Shown here one piece after another: positions 1 to 12,800 of a DNA stretch of 64,000 bases. The position numbers were made by a program, and so were the translations under genes. A model generated the notes under the pieces. That model did not search any database, was not told the DNA's origin, and saw only the letters and a program-made list of their open reading frames with translations. Each line of letters opens with the position of its first letter. The stretch's first letter is position 1. Source of the DNA: Chrysomallon squamiferum (lineage: Eukaryota; Animalia; Mollusca); the NCBI GenBank assembly GCA_012295275.1, contig CM022672.1, forward strand, positions 26,598,001 through 26,662,000. The letters run 5' to 3'.

Positions 1-51
1 TGTTTAACATTTTAGAATTACTGCATATTTATTAAAATATATCTTACAGGA

Positions 52-121
<70 letters not shown>

Positions 122-197
122 ATTATTATTGTTGTTGTTGTTGTTGTTTTCATTATTATTATTATAGAAAAGAAAAGAATTCTTTTTTTCGTTTCAG

Positions 198-1636
198 AGG
201 TACAGAATTTGAAAGTGTGTTTGGAAGTGGGTGAGTATTATGTGAAAATTACATCTTAATTATATCTAGTTCCTGCAGGTCCTTTTCAAAGTATTAGTAG
301 TTAATGTAATTGTGCTTAAACATTTTGTCAGACCCTCTCCTTGGCTGATTGATCCCTCTGTGCTTGTACAGTAAAGTTTTGTTTTCCATGTGAACACTTG
401 GGTAAAGGTAGTTCAAAGACCCTATTTAAAAATCCCATTTTTAAGATACTTTAAATGCGGTATTGAGAATTTCCATTTGAAAGGTAATTAATATATGTGA
501 TTAAATTTTTTTAATAACGTCATTGAAAAACAAACCCTGTTTTAAGATAGTTTTAATATGCTATTATAAAATGCCTGTTTTAAAATAGTTAAATACGGTT
601 TTAAATAAATCCTATTATAAAGGTTTTTGAATATATTGCTTTAAAAAACAAACAAAGTAATTAAATTTTTATTTTTGTTTATTTTAAAATCCCTGATAAA
701 ATCAAATAAAAACTAAAATGCAGGTAAAAGAGAAATGATTTTTTTATTAAAGTATCAGTAACATGGTTCTTTAAATATATATTTTATAAGCATAACTACA
801 GTATTATAAAGACAAATGAGGCGCCTCTCTAATAAAGATGAAAAAACTATGACTAAAAGTCATAATTCAAGACTTGAACTCCTGTATTGTTTTCTTTCAC
901 GTAATTAAAACTGACCATCAACAGTCCTAATAAATGTGTCATGTTTATTGTTGAAACGATTATTTCTGGCTATAAACTTTGGGTTATATACTAAATTAGA
1001 AAATAATATAACAATCATGAATATTCTACTGCATTTGCTCAAACCGTAAACGAAAACTTCTTGTGACGTCAAATCGTTGATTATCAATCGCGAACTAATG
1101 TGATAGATATGAGAATCATTTACTCTTGCATGTTCTATTTTACATGTATCCTTCCAAAAATTGATGGCGGAATGGTAATACTTTAGGGGGAAAAAGCACA
1201 AAAAGCCCTTCCCCCACAAAACTTCATTTGTGTAGCTTTAAAATAAAGCAGTTGCATCAGTTTAAAACTGTTAGCAAACTATATATGTTTCTGTCGTAGT
1301 ATTGTGGCGTTACTGTTGTTATGTGGTCTTGTATAGAATATTCAAAAACTGTGATGTTAGTTTCAGTGTAGTTTTTGTGCGCCTCGTCACGCAGGCTATT
1401 AATTAGTGTGCCACCGCAAGAGAATTTAGTTCCAAGTGTTCACGGATAAGTCATATTTACTCCATCATTTTGGTTGTCGCCCCAAACTATGTTAATAAAG
1501 TCTGAAAATTAGTCTTCTTAAAAATACCATTAATTTAAGTTTTCAATTCTCTTAGTTCACTTTTGTTTTATATGTCACTATATTTATTTCAGTACCCCGC
1601 CAGAAGGCTTTCTAAAAAAGGCTGTTTACAAGTAAC

Positions 1637-1672
<36 letters not shown>

Positions 1673-2097
1673 GGCTTTGGTATACACTATTCCAACAATT
1701 TTTTTTTTTTTTTTTATTAATAATCACAGTTTCACTTTTGGTATTTACACTAAGCACTTTGAAATATTTTAGCAATAACATTACTGTTATTTCTTTTCAC
1801 AACGTCTTTATACAAACCTTCCAAATTTAATTTCTCAATACTTCACTCACTTGATTTTCTGTCATTTATCAACAACACGGTTTGTTATTGTTATTTTGGT
1901 TTTCTTTTAAGAAAAATCGTTATTATTTTAATAGAAATCAGTATTAATAATTTTATTAATAATAATCAGTATTGAAGACATATTATTTTATCACAATTGT
2001 CATGAAGATGGGGATTTTTGTGTGTGTGTGGGTGGGTGGGTAGGTTTTTTTTGGGGGTTATTGAATGAATTTTTTTGGTTTTCATTGAATATATATT

Positions 2098-2142
<45 letters not shown>

Positions 2143-3037
2143 ATATGTATGTATGTCAGACCAAACATCTTCATTGGCACAGAACTTCAGGAAAATTAAA
2201 ACAATTAATGTTACTATTATTAAAAAGGACAAATTTTAAATTACTCATTTATTATTATTACTATTACCATTACTGTTATTATTATTATTATTATTATTAT
2301 TTAACTATTATTTTTAATTTATTATTTTTTTTATTTTGATTTTTTTTTTTTTTTAAATATGAAGATACTAATATTCTCTTTCGTTGTTATTATTTTAAAT
2401 AACATTTCTTGCAGATTTAAACATATAAATACTAAAATTTTCCTTCGCATGTTGCTTTTGCTGCATGTTTCCTTAGCTTTTCATGTTTTCCACCGTTTGT
2501 CTTTTTGTCAGTTGTAACTGGCTAGAGTTTAGTTACCAAACCCGAAATACTCGTCAGTTTTAATATACAGTTGACATCTGTCACGATGGTGATAATAACG
2601 ACAGTGTGTAGCAGGCTCTGTTATCAAAAAACAACAACATTATAACGTAACCTCAATACACACAACACACATAAAGTGCCTGCCGGAATGTGCAAGAAAG
2701 CGTTTTTATCTTTGTTCTCTTTTTTTTTTATATAATTGTACATGTACGTAATTTTAATTGCAAGTTTTATTATCTTGGCTAATCTTTACAATTTCAAAAA
2801 ATGTATTTCTTCGATTTCATTTTTCTTACAGCATTAATGCATTAATCTTTAGCTTTTTTTCTTTACATAAATATATATATTTACTTCCTGTTATTATTGT
2901 TATTATAAAAAATAAGTATGATTATTCTGAATACAACAAAAAGCTTTCAAAATTATTTCTTGAAAGTTCAGGCATTAATAACATGCATTATCTTTGACTT
3001 TTTTCTTTTTTTTCGTTTTCAATTTTCTTCTTCTTCT

Positions 3038-3073
<36 letters not shown>

Positions 3074-3458
3074 GATGACAGTAGTAATATTTATATAATA
3101 AAAATACATTTATTCTAAAGTAAGGTTAATTGTTATCGATCTTCTGTTTGATTAACGATGTTTATTAAATTTATCAGTTAATTAAGTATAATGTTATACA
3201 TTATAAAATGTTCCTTGTAGCATTTATTAATTACTGCCGTAGTCAATATAATATGTATATTTAATTGAAAATTACTGTATGTAAATGTTATTGTAATGTT
3301 ACTCATAATAGTTAATTACTGTTTTTGTACTAATACCATTGCTGCTGCTGATACTACTACTGCTACTACTGTTATAACAACCACAACTACTACTACTACT
3401 ACTATTGTTATTGCTATCACTATTACTACTACTACAGCTAATACTAATACTGTTAATA

Positions 3459-3500
<42 letters not shown>

Positions 3501-4022
3501 CAGCAGTAAATGGAAATGATGTTGAAAACAATTTATTTTACTTGTTGCAGAGTTAAAAGGGTTTTTCAACCTCCCAGTGTGAGACGAAAATCAAACAAGA
3601 CAACCAGCACTTTGGAGTCTGATAACCTCACCAATAACGGAAATACGTCGACAATAGCGGACCCAGACGCCCTGGAGCTGAAAATGCTGCAAAATGGCGA
3701 GAACGTGCACAGCGAAAGCTTTCACAACGAAAGCAGATGTGCATCAAAATCTACAGTTGACAACCTAAGCCAAAGTTCGGCGGCGTCGTTGTCTTGTAAA
3801 GTGATAACGGTGAAGCCACAAATTAGCAGAGACGCAAGTGTCGGGTCACTGAAAAACTCCGAATCGAACGGTAAAATGTCTTCCAGTACGAAAAGTACAG
3901 CGTCACATTCAACGCGACCCGTTAGTAGCGTCAGCAGACAGAACAGTTCGGGAAAGATCGGAACTATTGTGGTTTCCGAAGTTCACCCGCAGCCAAACAT
4001 GGCTGATTGGGCAGATATTTAA
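198..4022 (+). CDS. 3' end (last two coding exons) of an unidentified protein; Ser/Thr-rich, probably disordered C-terminal tail
   Basis: Exon 198-230 (tttcag| ... |gtgagt, 33 nt, phase 2-2) splices in frame to terminal exon 3551-4022 (ttgcag|, stop TAA). The join reads GTEFESVFGSGVKRVFQPPSVRRKSNKTTSTLESD...VVSEVHPQPNMADWADI*. The terminal exon is clearly more GC-rich and more complex than its flanks. No domain was recognised; upstream exons lie outside the window. Confidence 0.75.
425..645. repeat. degenerate ~36-bp AT-rich minisatellite in an intron
   Basis: Recurring units such as aaaatcccatttttaagatactttaaatgcggtattg, aaaccctgttttaagatagttttaatatgctattat and aaaatgcctgttttaaaatagttaaatacggtttt. 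Confidence 0.5.
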
Positions 4023-4033
4023 TTTAGTTTAAA

Positions 4034-4091
<58 letters not shown>

Positions 4092-5586
4092 TTAATTCTG
4101 GATTTTTATTATTTTCAAAACTATTGGCATGAATGTTCAGCTGTCTTTGATGCATAATTTTATAAATATTTCATTTTTCTTTTTTCCTTTATTATTATTA
4201 TTAGTATTTTTTTTTCTTTCTTTTTTTAACCTAATTTGAATGTTGAAAGTATCTGATATTTGTAATTTGTTTACGCATTTATTTATTTATTTATTTTAAT
4301 ATAACTGTTTTGTTTCCAATTATTTTATGTTCTGATGTAAGACTTTTTAAAATAATAATAATAATAATAATTATTATTATTATTACTTTTTTAATATCTC
4401 CAGAAAATAAGGTTCAGGACAATTTGCATTAACGCCAGCTGTACAGCGTTTGTCATTGAGTATCAGCGAAAATCCACCAGAATAAATATCGGTTTACTTC
4501 ATGTCGTCCATCACATTCAGTTTATAAATATCTGTCAGTACGAGCACCAGTCCAGCTGGCTATTAACAGACAGAACAAAACGATAAACTAACATAAAAAT
4601 ATATCGTACTTTTTTTTTTTTAATTTCAACCAAAATGGATGTTACTGTTTAATATCTTAAAAGACTACGTTTTAGAAGACTGTATATTACGTTTTAGAAG
4701 ACTGTATATTGTTTATAATTCGTTGGGTTGACGATTCAAGGGAAAATTCTCTGGTGGTTTAAAAGAACAAAACAACAGTTTCAACTTCGATAAAAATAAC
4801 ATTAAAGAAAATTATGCTGATGTCACAATAAAACATATTTAATTGTATCTTTGATGGTGAGATCCAACAGTCTAAATGCATTTTCTTTTTCAGATCTCTA
4901 TTTATTAATTATGTTTATTATTGTTTTTTCACTCCAACGAATTTACTAGAAATAAGTATAACACTAATAAGTTACCTATAGAGCTAAATGGAGTATTCGC
5001 TACTCGTGACGTAACATCGTTGATAGAAAAATAAGAAGATCTGGAAAAATGATAAATATAACAAATGCATTTAGGCTGTTAATTCGTTATATAATTTTCA
5101 ATTTTGACATTTTAAAAGTGTAATATAACTTAATAATAAATCTCTTATCTTTTGTACACACTAGCACCAGTTTAAATTAATCACATTAAATCTTCAGTTA
5201 TAGTTATTAATATTACAATTAAGATATATTTTAGTTTTTGGCTTAACAGTCATATTATATATTCAGTTACTATTATTAATATTAAGATACATTTTTGTTT
5301 TCGATTTAAGTTAATACAAAAATGGTGCTCCTGAATGTTTGTCTCGTTTACTTGTGTTCATGTTAGAAAATCATAAGTATTTGTTTATTATTTCTTTCTT
5401 TCTTTCTTTCTTTATTTTACTGTATAATATTAAAATGAAAATTGCTCATTCAATCAAATATTTTATTCATGTTAATTAATTAATTTGTTTTATTCTATTT
5501 ATTCTATTTATGATATTCATTTGTAGTTTCTTTTTCCATTTTTTTTTCTTTATAAACCCACCTTATTTTGCACAATTTTATAATAA

Positions 5587-5749
<163 letters not shown>

Positions 5750-6869
5750 ACGTTACATCATTAGCGCTTTATTCCTGTCGTGTTTTCTACAGGAAGCTTG
5801 ATCCATTTTATTTCCTCTTCTTTTTTTTTGTTTTAGTTTTCCTTTTTTTAAATATATATTTGTTTATAAAACCAAAAATGTAAGTAAATGTTATTATCAA
5901 ACATCATCCTGTTATGCAAAATTGTGAAAATTATTTCATCTTTTCATTTGTATATATTTCTATTTTATTGTGTAAACAAATGCAACTAATCATCTAATGT
6001 TTTACATATTTCACTGTTTAATAATTACGTTCATTTCACGGTGAAGAAATTTAAGGTTGTAAATAATGGCAAGATCTGTGAGGCATGATTTGTGTTTACC
6101 TTTCTAAGTCTCCCCTAATTCCTTGAAAGTCTTTCTGGATAGGCTACGCATATGACTGCTAATTTGGTATCCGACATTTCAAGAAGATTATTTTCAATTA
6201 AGTGCACCAAATCAATAGATTAAACAGTTCGGCTGTAGACCATAATTATCTAGATCAGAGGGGAGAAAACCCCAAAGATTAAAAGCTGATTCCCCCCCCA
6301 CCGCCACTATTATAAATAAACGCATTTTATCTTAGCAAGTTATTTCACTATAAATTACGCAACCCTTTTTTTTGAAATCCTTGATCCTCCTCTGTTAGTT
6401 AAGTTGGAGACTATGCAAAGACCCACACCTGCATGGGTCTTCTGGTGAATTCTGAATTTTGAACTTTTGTATAGAGCGACTCCCAGTTAAATAATACAAT
6501 GAAAATGATACTTTCGCAATATCAGTGAATATGTATCTATCAAAATTATCTATAGCAACTTTTGTGAACGGTGAACCAGATTATGCAGATGAAATGAAGA
6601 AAAGAATCTGTATATATTTATTATGGATATTCCACATATTTTTTCGATTTAAATTCATATTTTGATATTTATATTTTATCACTGTTTCGTTTTTTCGTTT
6701 TTTTTCTCTCCCTTGTTGTTATTATCTTGTGCACTTGTTCTTACACTTTTTTACGATTATCTATGTTGTTATTTCTTCCACATTTTAATCTTATCTTTAA
6801 CTAAGTATTGTAGTATTCTGTTTTAATTATTTTTACGAGAACTTTCTAGTAACACGTTAGTGACACACA

Positions 6870-7030
6870 TTGTAGATTTACGTAACGTTCAAGAAGCGAA
6901 AACGTCTATGTAGGCTGCACTGTATTCCCCCCGCCCCATGCTCCCGATGACAGATTAGAGACAGTCAAGGTCAAGGTCACATGTCAACGTTTCAGACGAG
7001 ACGTGTCGACTATTGCACTCGCTTCTGGAC
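6870..7030. promoter_or_regulatory. CpG-rich candidate cis-regulatory module
   Basis: Within ~110 bp of otherwise AT-rich DNA: TTACGTAA (bZIP-type palindrome, ~6878), GC box CCCCGCCCC (~6929-6937), and overlapping TCAAGGTCAAGGTCA (NR5A/ERR-type half sites, 6965-6979) running into CACATG. Motif-based only. Confidence 0.35.
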
Positions 7031-7268
7031 ATTTTCTTTAGAGATCGATTTAAAAAAATAATTATTCTTATTCACGTTTTATTTTAAATCTCCCTTTTCA
7101 GCTGAAATTAAATTAAATTTCAAGTGTCGTGCTTCTGCCTGGTATATATATATAACGGGATTGACGTTTACTGAACTTAAAAGATTTGTAGCTGCCTACT
7201 GCTACACAAATTAAATTAAAATAATAATAATAAAAATAAAAATAAATAAATAAATAAATATTTAATAC

Positions 7269-7299
<31 letters not shown>

Positions 7300-7980
7300 T
7301 TTTTTTTTCAGCAAAAAAAAGAGCTAAATAAATACATAAATGATTGTTCCGTCTTCTATAAAATTACAGTAGGCATATTTGTATTCGAAATATTTGTGGA
7401 TAATTATTTTCCACTTGTCTTTCTTTTTTTGAACCTATAAAACGAAAAGAGGCATAAATCAAAATAGCCTCTATATGTTGATACATATACCAGGCAGAAA
7501 TGGTTACCCTAATAGATGCTGGATTCCCTAAAAACCGGAACGAGTTTCCATTCTAGCACTTAAACGTATTCTAAATAAAATGTCATTTCGTTTTAACTGT
7601 GCTATCTGCTGAACAGATTGGGAAATTTAAAAATGTGAATGACAAATCTTCCAAAGCTGTGATATTGCCTTTTTGCTATTTATGCACGTTTTTACACTTA
7701 TATCAAATAAAGTGGGAAATATTCCTATACAATTAAAATGGTGTTCGTATTGTTATTATTATTTCGTCCAGTGTTGCTAATATATATTTATCCGGCAATC
7801 ACTGAACGTAGTGTCAAGATATGATGACTAGATAAATGTTTTTATAGGTACCGACCAAAAATATAACTTCTTGGACGGAACAACTTCGTCTGCTAAATAA
7901 TTTATTTACGTACTGATCAAAGTTACATGTTTAGTGTTTAATTGCTGGTTTATATCTTAGTAGACAATTTTGAAAACGAT

Positions 7981-7983
<3 letters not shown>

Positions 7984-8025
<42 letters not shown>
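7984..8025. repeat. (CA)n microsatellite
   Basis: Direct reading. Confidence 0.95.
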
Positions 8026-8028
<3 letters not shown>

Positions 8029-8263
8029 TGTTTAAAAAATAAAGCAATTTCGTTTAAAATTTATATTATTTAGGATTGCAGGATAAAAGAAATAACGGGT
8101 TAATATCCTTAGCTTTATTCTGCGGAGATTAAAAGGCGATTGCAGAAAATAAGATGATAACCAGTTATATCCCATATAAAAGGTAAAGCAGTAAATGAAG
8201 ATAAACTGGCTCCTAAATCTCTAGTTCTATCTTCTGTCTATCTATCTATCTATCTATCTAGTT

Positions 8264-8773
8264 CAGTGCTGCCCAACCTTTTCCGAACATGGGCCGGATT
8301 TAAGAAAAAACGATGCTAGTGGGCCGGACTCACATTTCTAGCCTTTCATTTTTTAATACAACTACTTGAAATGGTTTGAAAATGTATTCAGAACTGAAAA
8401 AATTGATTCTATTATTCTATTTATAGAAATTATCCATTATACAATTATAATTCATAACTCAGTTTAAACATAGGGGTCGTACATATGATACTATTTCTAT
8501 TACTTCTTCATTGCTATCAAAAAATGATAGTCTCCAGATATTACATGAATACGAAAAATGACCACTAAAAATTTTGATTTAGAACCTTACATTCTATAAA
8601 ACAAATTTACCAGTTGATCAAGATTAAAAAAACATTTGTTCAAATAAATGGCTTTGTATTTCAGTAATAAAAATAACAGTAGTAAGCGTCTGCGTTAATG
8701 TTAAGGAATAAATTGAAGACTGACTAGCGGGCCGGATTTTAAGGCTTCGTGGGCCGGACGTTGGGCAGCACTG
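8264..8773. mobile_element. non-autonomous hAT (Charlie/Buster-like) MITE, 510 bp
   Basis: Perfect 14-bp TIRs CAGTGCTGCCCAAC (8264-8277) and GTTGGGCAGCACTG (8760-8773). Identical 8-bp TSD ATCTAGTT (8256-8263 and 8774-8781) with a central TA. Four subterminal GGGCCGGA motifs. No ORF. Confidence 0.93.
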
Positions 8774-9357
8774 ATCTAGTTATTTAATTTTGTTCTTGTT
8801 AACAGACATAGATAGATATACGAACCCATGTAATTCTCAGGACCTGCTTGAAACAGATACATATAATGTAGTAGTAGTAGTAGTAATGTAAACTGTCGAT
8901 TTCGTTGATTATTTAAAAAGCAAAACAACAACGGAAAATTCCAGTTTACACTTTAACATAGATTTTTTATTTTTTTTATTTTACATATATATATTTACAT
9001 ATATATGTCTTGAAATAGCAGTTGTAGGACAAAAACGAAGATCTTTAAAGACGTCCAGTACGAAGTTCAAAGTGACAATTTTACTGGCAGACGACAATTT
9101 CAGAACTAATTACTGATCAGACTACTTGATTTCTTCCTGCTAGCGTCTAAAATTAGCAACAGAAACCAGAATGATTACCACATCTATATATTTTGTGTCT
9201 ACTTAAAAAGTAATTAAATGAATAACAGAAGTAAATGAAGACGAAATAAATAAATAATAAAATAACAATAATAATATATATTTGTTTAACTGCAGACAAC
9301 CACAACAGTACTATCAGCAGTAGCTATAAAAACAATGATAAAATTCTTATTACTAAA

Positions 9358-9415
<58 letters not shown>

Positions 9416-9636
9416 CAGCACGTTATTAAACTAAATTAAATATTTTATTGATACAAAAGCATGTCGAAAATGTAGGTACCCTCACCAAAAAACCCTCAAC
9501 AAAACAAATATCTTTCTTTATTCCAACAAACGTTATGGCTGATAACGTTCTCCAATTATTCAGTAAAAAAACAATATTTAGCCTACATATGCGTCAATAT
9601 ATTATAGGTTAATAATTAAATAAACAAACAAAATAA

Positions 9637-9700
<64 letters not shown>

Positions 9701-9749
9701 TTGTTCAAAACGTCGATGGTCCATGGGAGAGAACTGATCGTTTTGGTGT

Positions 9750-9853
9750 TTTAGATTGGTTTTAGGTAAAACAGCGTATGAATGTTGTCGTGCAGTTACG
9801 GAAGTCTGGCAATCTAGAACTGTGTACACCCCCAGTCATCCAAGATGGATAAG
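9750..9853 (+). promoter_or_regulatory. EXOC4 housekeeping-type proximal promoter and first exon
   Basis: Reverse CCAAT (ATTGG, 9755-9759), ETS-type CGGAAGT (9799-9805), start context CAAGATGG (YY1/Kozak-like) at ATG 9845. Locally CpG-rich, no TATA box. Confidence 0.55.
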
Positions 9854-12800
9854 GTATTATCATTTTTATCTTTTGCTTTTAATCGTTTCGTATATTAATG
9901 TTTTACAACATGTTACTGATATTCATTACTGTAGATAAATAGATCTGGGTTCCCAAGTAAGAAAATGTTACCGGTAACGCAGTTACGTAATCAGTCTGCT
10001 GCCTTAGATTCCAAAATTAATATCGTCTGCTCGAGGAATTAACTTAAATTTAGTCGCCAATTTATTCTGTTCATTACATATCAAACGTATTTAATTAACG
10101 TAGAACGCAATGTTGTATGCAAAACTGGCTATTAATATGATAAATTACATAACATTTTTTTTTTCTTGTTAGTTTTTAAATTTGATCTTTTATTGGTATA
10201 TATTTAAAACTTTTTAAAATTTATACCAGTCAAGTTATAAGTAATGTTGCCTTCACTTGAATATGCTCGTGAATACTGAACACCTAGCTTGAATATAAAA
10301 TTTTATGTCACAAATAAATAAGAAAGAACAAAAACTACTTAATTTGAGAAAAGTTAATTAGTGGTATTTGTAACTTAATATTATGTATATTTGTTCTGTG
10401 TAACAAATAAGCCCTTCCCATTCTGAAAAATAAATAAATAAAACATCCAACAGTAAAGCAAAATAAAAATACTGACAAAATTTCCAATTAATTTTTAATC
10501 ATGTTTATTTATCTCTAAATCATGAAAATCATATTTTTCATATATGGTGTATTCCCATGAATTCTTACATAACTGCAGCTACTGTTTTATTAAGCAGTGT
10601 TAAAATAACAACTTTGTTTTCTGAAAAGTAGTTTGAATTTAATTGTTGATTATTACTGTTACTTTTTTTTCAGTCATGGAGTTTAATGTCCACTATTAGA
10701 ACATTGTCTTCAAGGTAGGTTATTTCTATTGATCAGTCCTAAAACAAACTTAATATCAGCTGAGTATTACTACCACTGGACCAGATTTTTTGCCAATTGT
10801 CATTAAAGCACATAAATTTAAATATTCTTTAACTGTGACTAGTTTTATTAGCAGGTTTTTTAGTATTATTGTTTTATCAATATTCTTTGCTCAGCCAGAC
10901 TTTAGAATGCAAATGTGTAAATAATATATATAATGTTTTAATGTATAGTGTTCAGCCATATTAATACTGTTGAATACATAATACTTATTTTTCAGTGCTG
11001 ATTTTGAACAACGTGAAAAAGAAAAAACTAGAAATGAGAAAGCTTTCAGTGAAAGTAATAAAAAGCTTGGAGAACTTGTTTCAAGTAAGTTTGATGAATT
11101 CCATACTTGTTCTGATCTAAATAATACTCAGACTCATGATAAAGTGGAAAAATAGAAAAGAAAATATAGTATTGCATCTGAAATACCTGGAATGACGATC
11201 CCTTATAAAATCATCATTGATAGATACTTTTCATGAAATAAAACGTTTTCTTTCTTTAAAAGGAAAAAACTAAATATTTTGTCTTATTAACATGTCCCAG
11301 AATCTGCCTAAACAATTTATTGTGTGACTGTAGGCATAATTATTATAAAGTTATACTGCTTAATTAGTTTTTGGTTGGATTGTTCTTATTGCAGATGTTA
11401 TTTAATAATAAACAAAAAGCCAAACTTTGTTGAAACTGGTATACATTAGTTTTGATTAAATGGTTGCATGTTAAAAGCTGAAAGCCAAGTATGGAATGTC
11501 ATAGCTTTTCTGTAATTTTCTTATCCAAAAATTATTTGATTTGTTTATAACAGAAACAGGAAGTAACAATTATCTGATACATTTATTTATTTATTTTGTC
11601 AGTTTATCATGAGGATATAAACAAAATTCTGCAAGCCTTTGGAACAATGACTGGAAGTATAAATGGTGAGTTTTAATTTAACAGCCATATATTTAAAATC
11701 TTTAAACGGATTTTGTAGTTTTAAACCTCTCTTCATATTTGATGGTTTCTAAAACATGAAGTGGTATTACAATAGGTTTTAATTTATTTAACATTAAAGA
11801 AACCGTATAGTGTAATAATCATATAACAGTAATATGTATTATTATTATTATTATTTATTTATTACTTTTATTTTTGTTTTTCTCAGAATCAAGAAAGAAA
11901 ATTCTAAAAATTAAACAGGACTTAAACTCCTGTAAATCACTGCTCCACTTCAAACGAGATGAGTTGAGAAAGCTATGGAGAGATGGTGTTGAACATAAGA
12001 CAGTTCTAGCCATGTTTGATCAGATGTAAGAGACTAAAGTCCATATAAGTTTTGTTCAGTAAATTTGATAAAATTGTTTAGTCAAAATTTTACACACCCA
12101 CACACACACGCACACACACGCACACCACACGCACACGCACACACACACACACACACAGTAGAATAGTTACTGATGGAAATGGTTATTAATGATGAGATTT
12201 GTTATTGTGGCTAGTGGAAGTTTGTTTCATTATCAATCCAAAAATTATTTAAGACTATTATGTAATGATATAAACATTTTAAACTTACACATGGCTCTTG
12301 GGAAGCATAATCCATAATACTTTATAGTTCATTAGCTGTTTTCAAAGGAAGTAATTTTTTTTTTTTTATACCTTATTATTATTATTATTATTATTTAATT
12401 TTATTTATTTATTTATTTATTTATTTATTAGTATTTTTTTTCACAGTGAACAGATTAAAGAAGTACCAGACAAAATGGATGAATTGGAGTCACAAAAATA
12501 TTATCTTCATGCTACCGAACTGGTTGTAAATTCTGGTATGGATCTTTTTAGTTTTAATAGAATGCATCTACACTCTTAGAGAACCCTGATACTATGTTAG
12601 CATAATGTCTGCATAAACATATATATTTTAATGTTCCAAACTAATGATAGAATTAATTTTGATAGGCATGATTTCTGTTTAAATTTATTATTTCTGTAAA
12701 TACTTCATATATACATAATCTTAATTTCTATTATGAATGACCTATCCAATAAATAAATAACTGAAATATCAGTTAATGCATTTTTTCTTAATTTTGTGTT

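Noticed and set aside
1563-3531. ORFs rich in poly-F, poly-Y, poly-L, poly-T and poly-N
   Set aside because: They are translations of poly-T and trinucleotide microsatellites inside an intron. The same applies to similar ORFs at 5510, 9602, 31408, 38360, 49342, 51572, 53480 and 55726; in the last, only 56120-56152 is a real exon.
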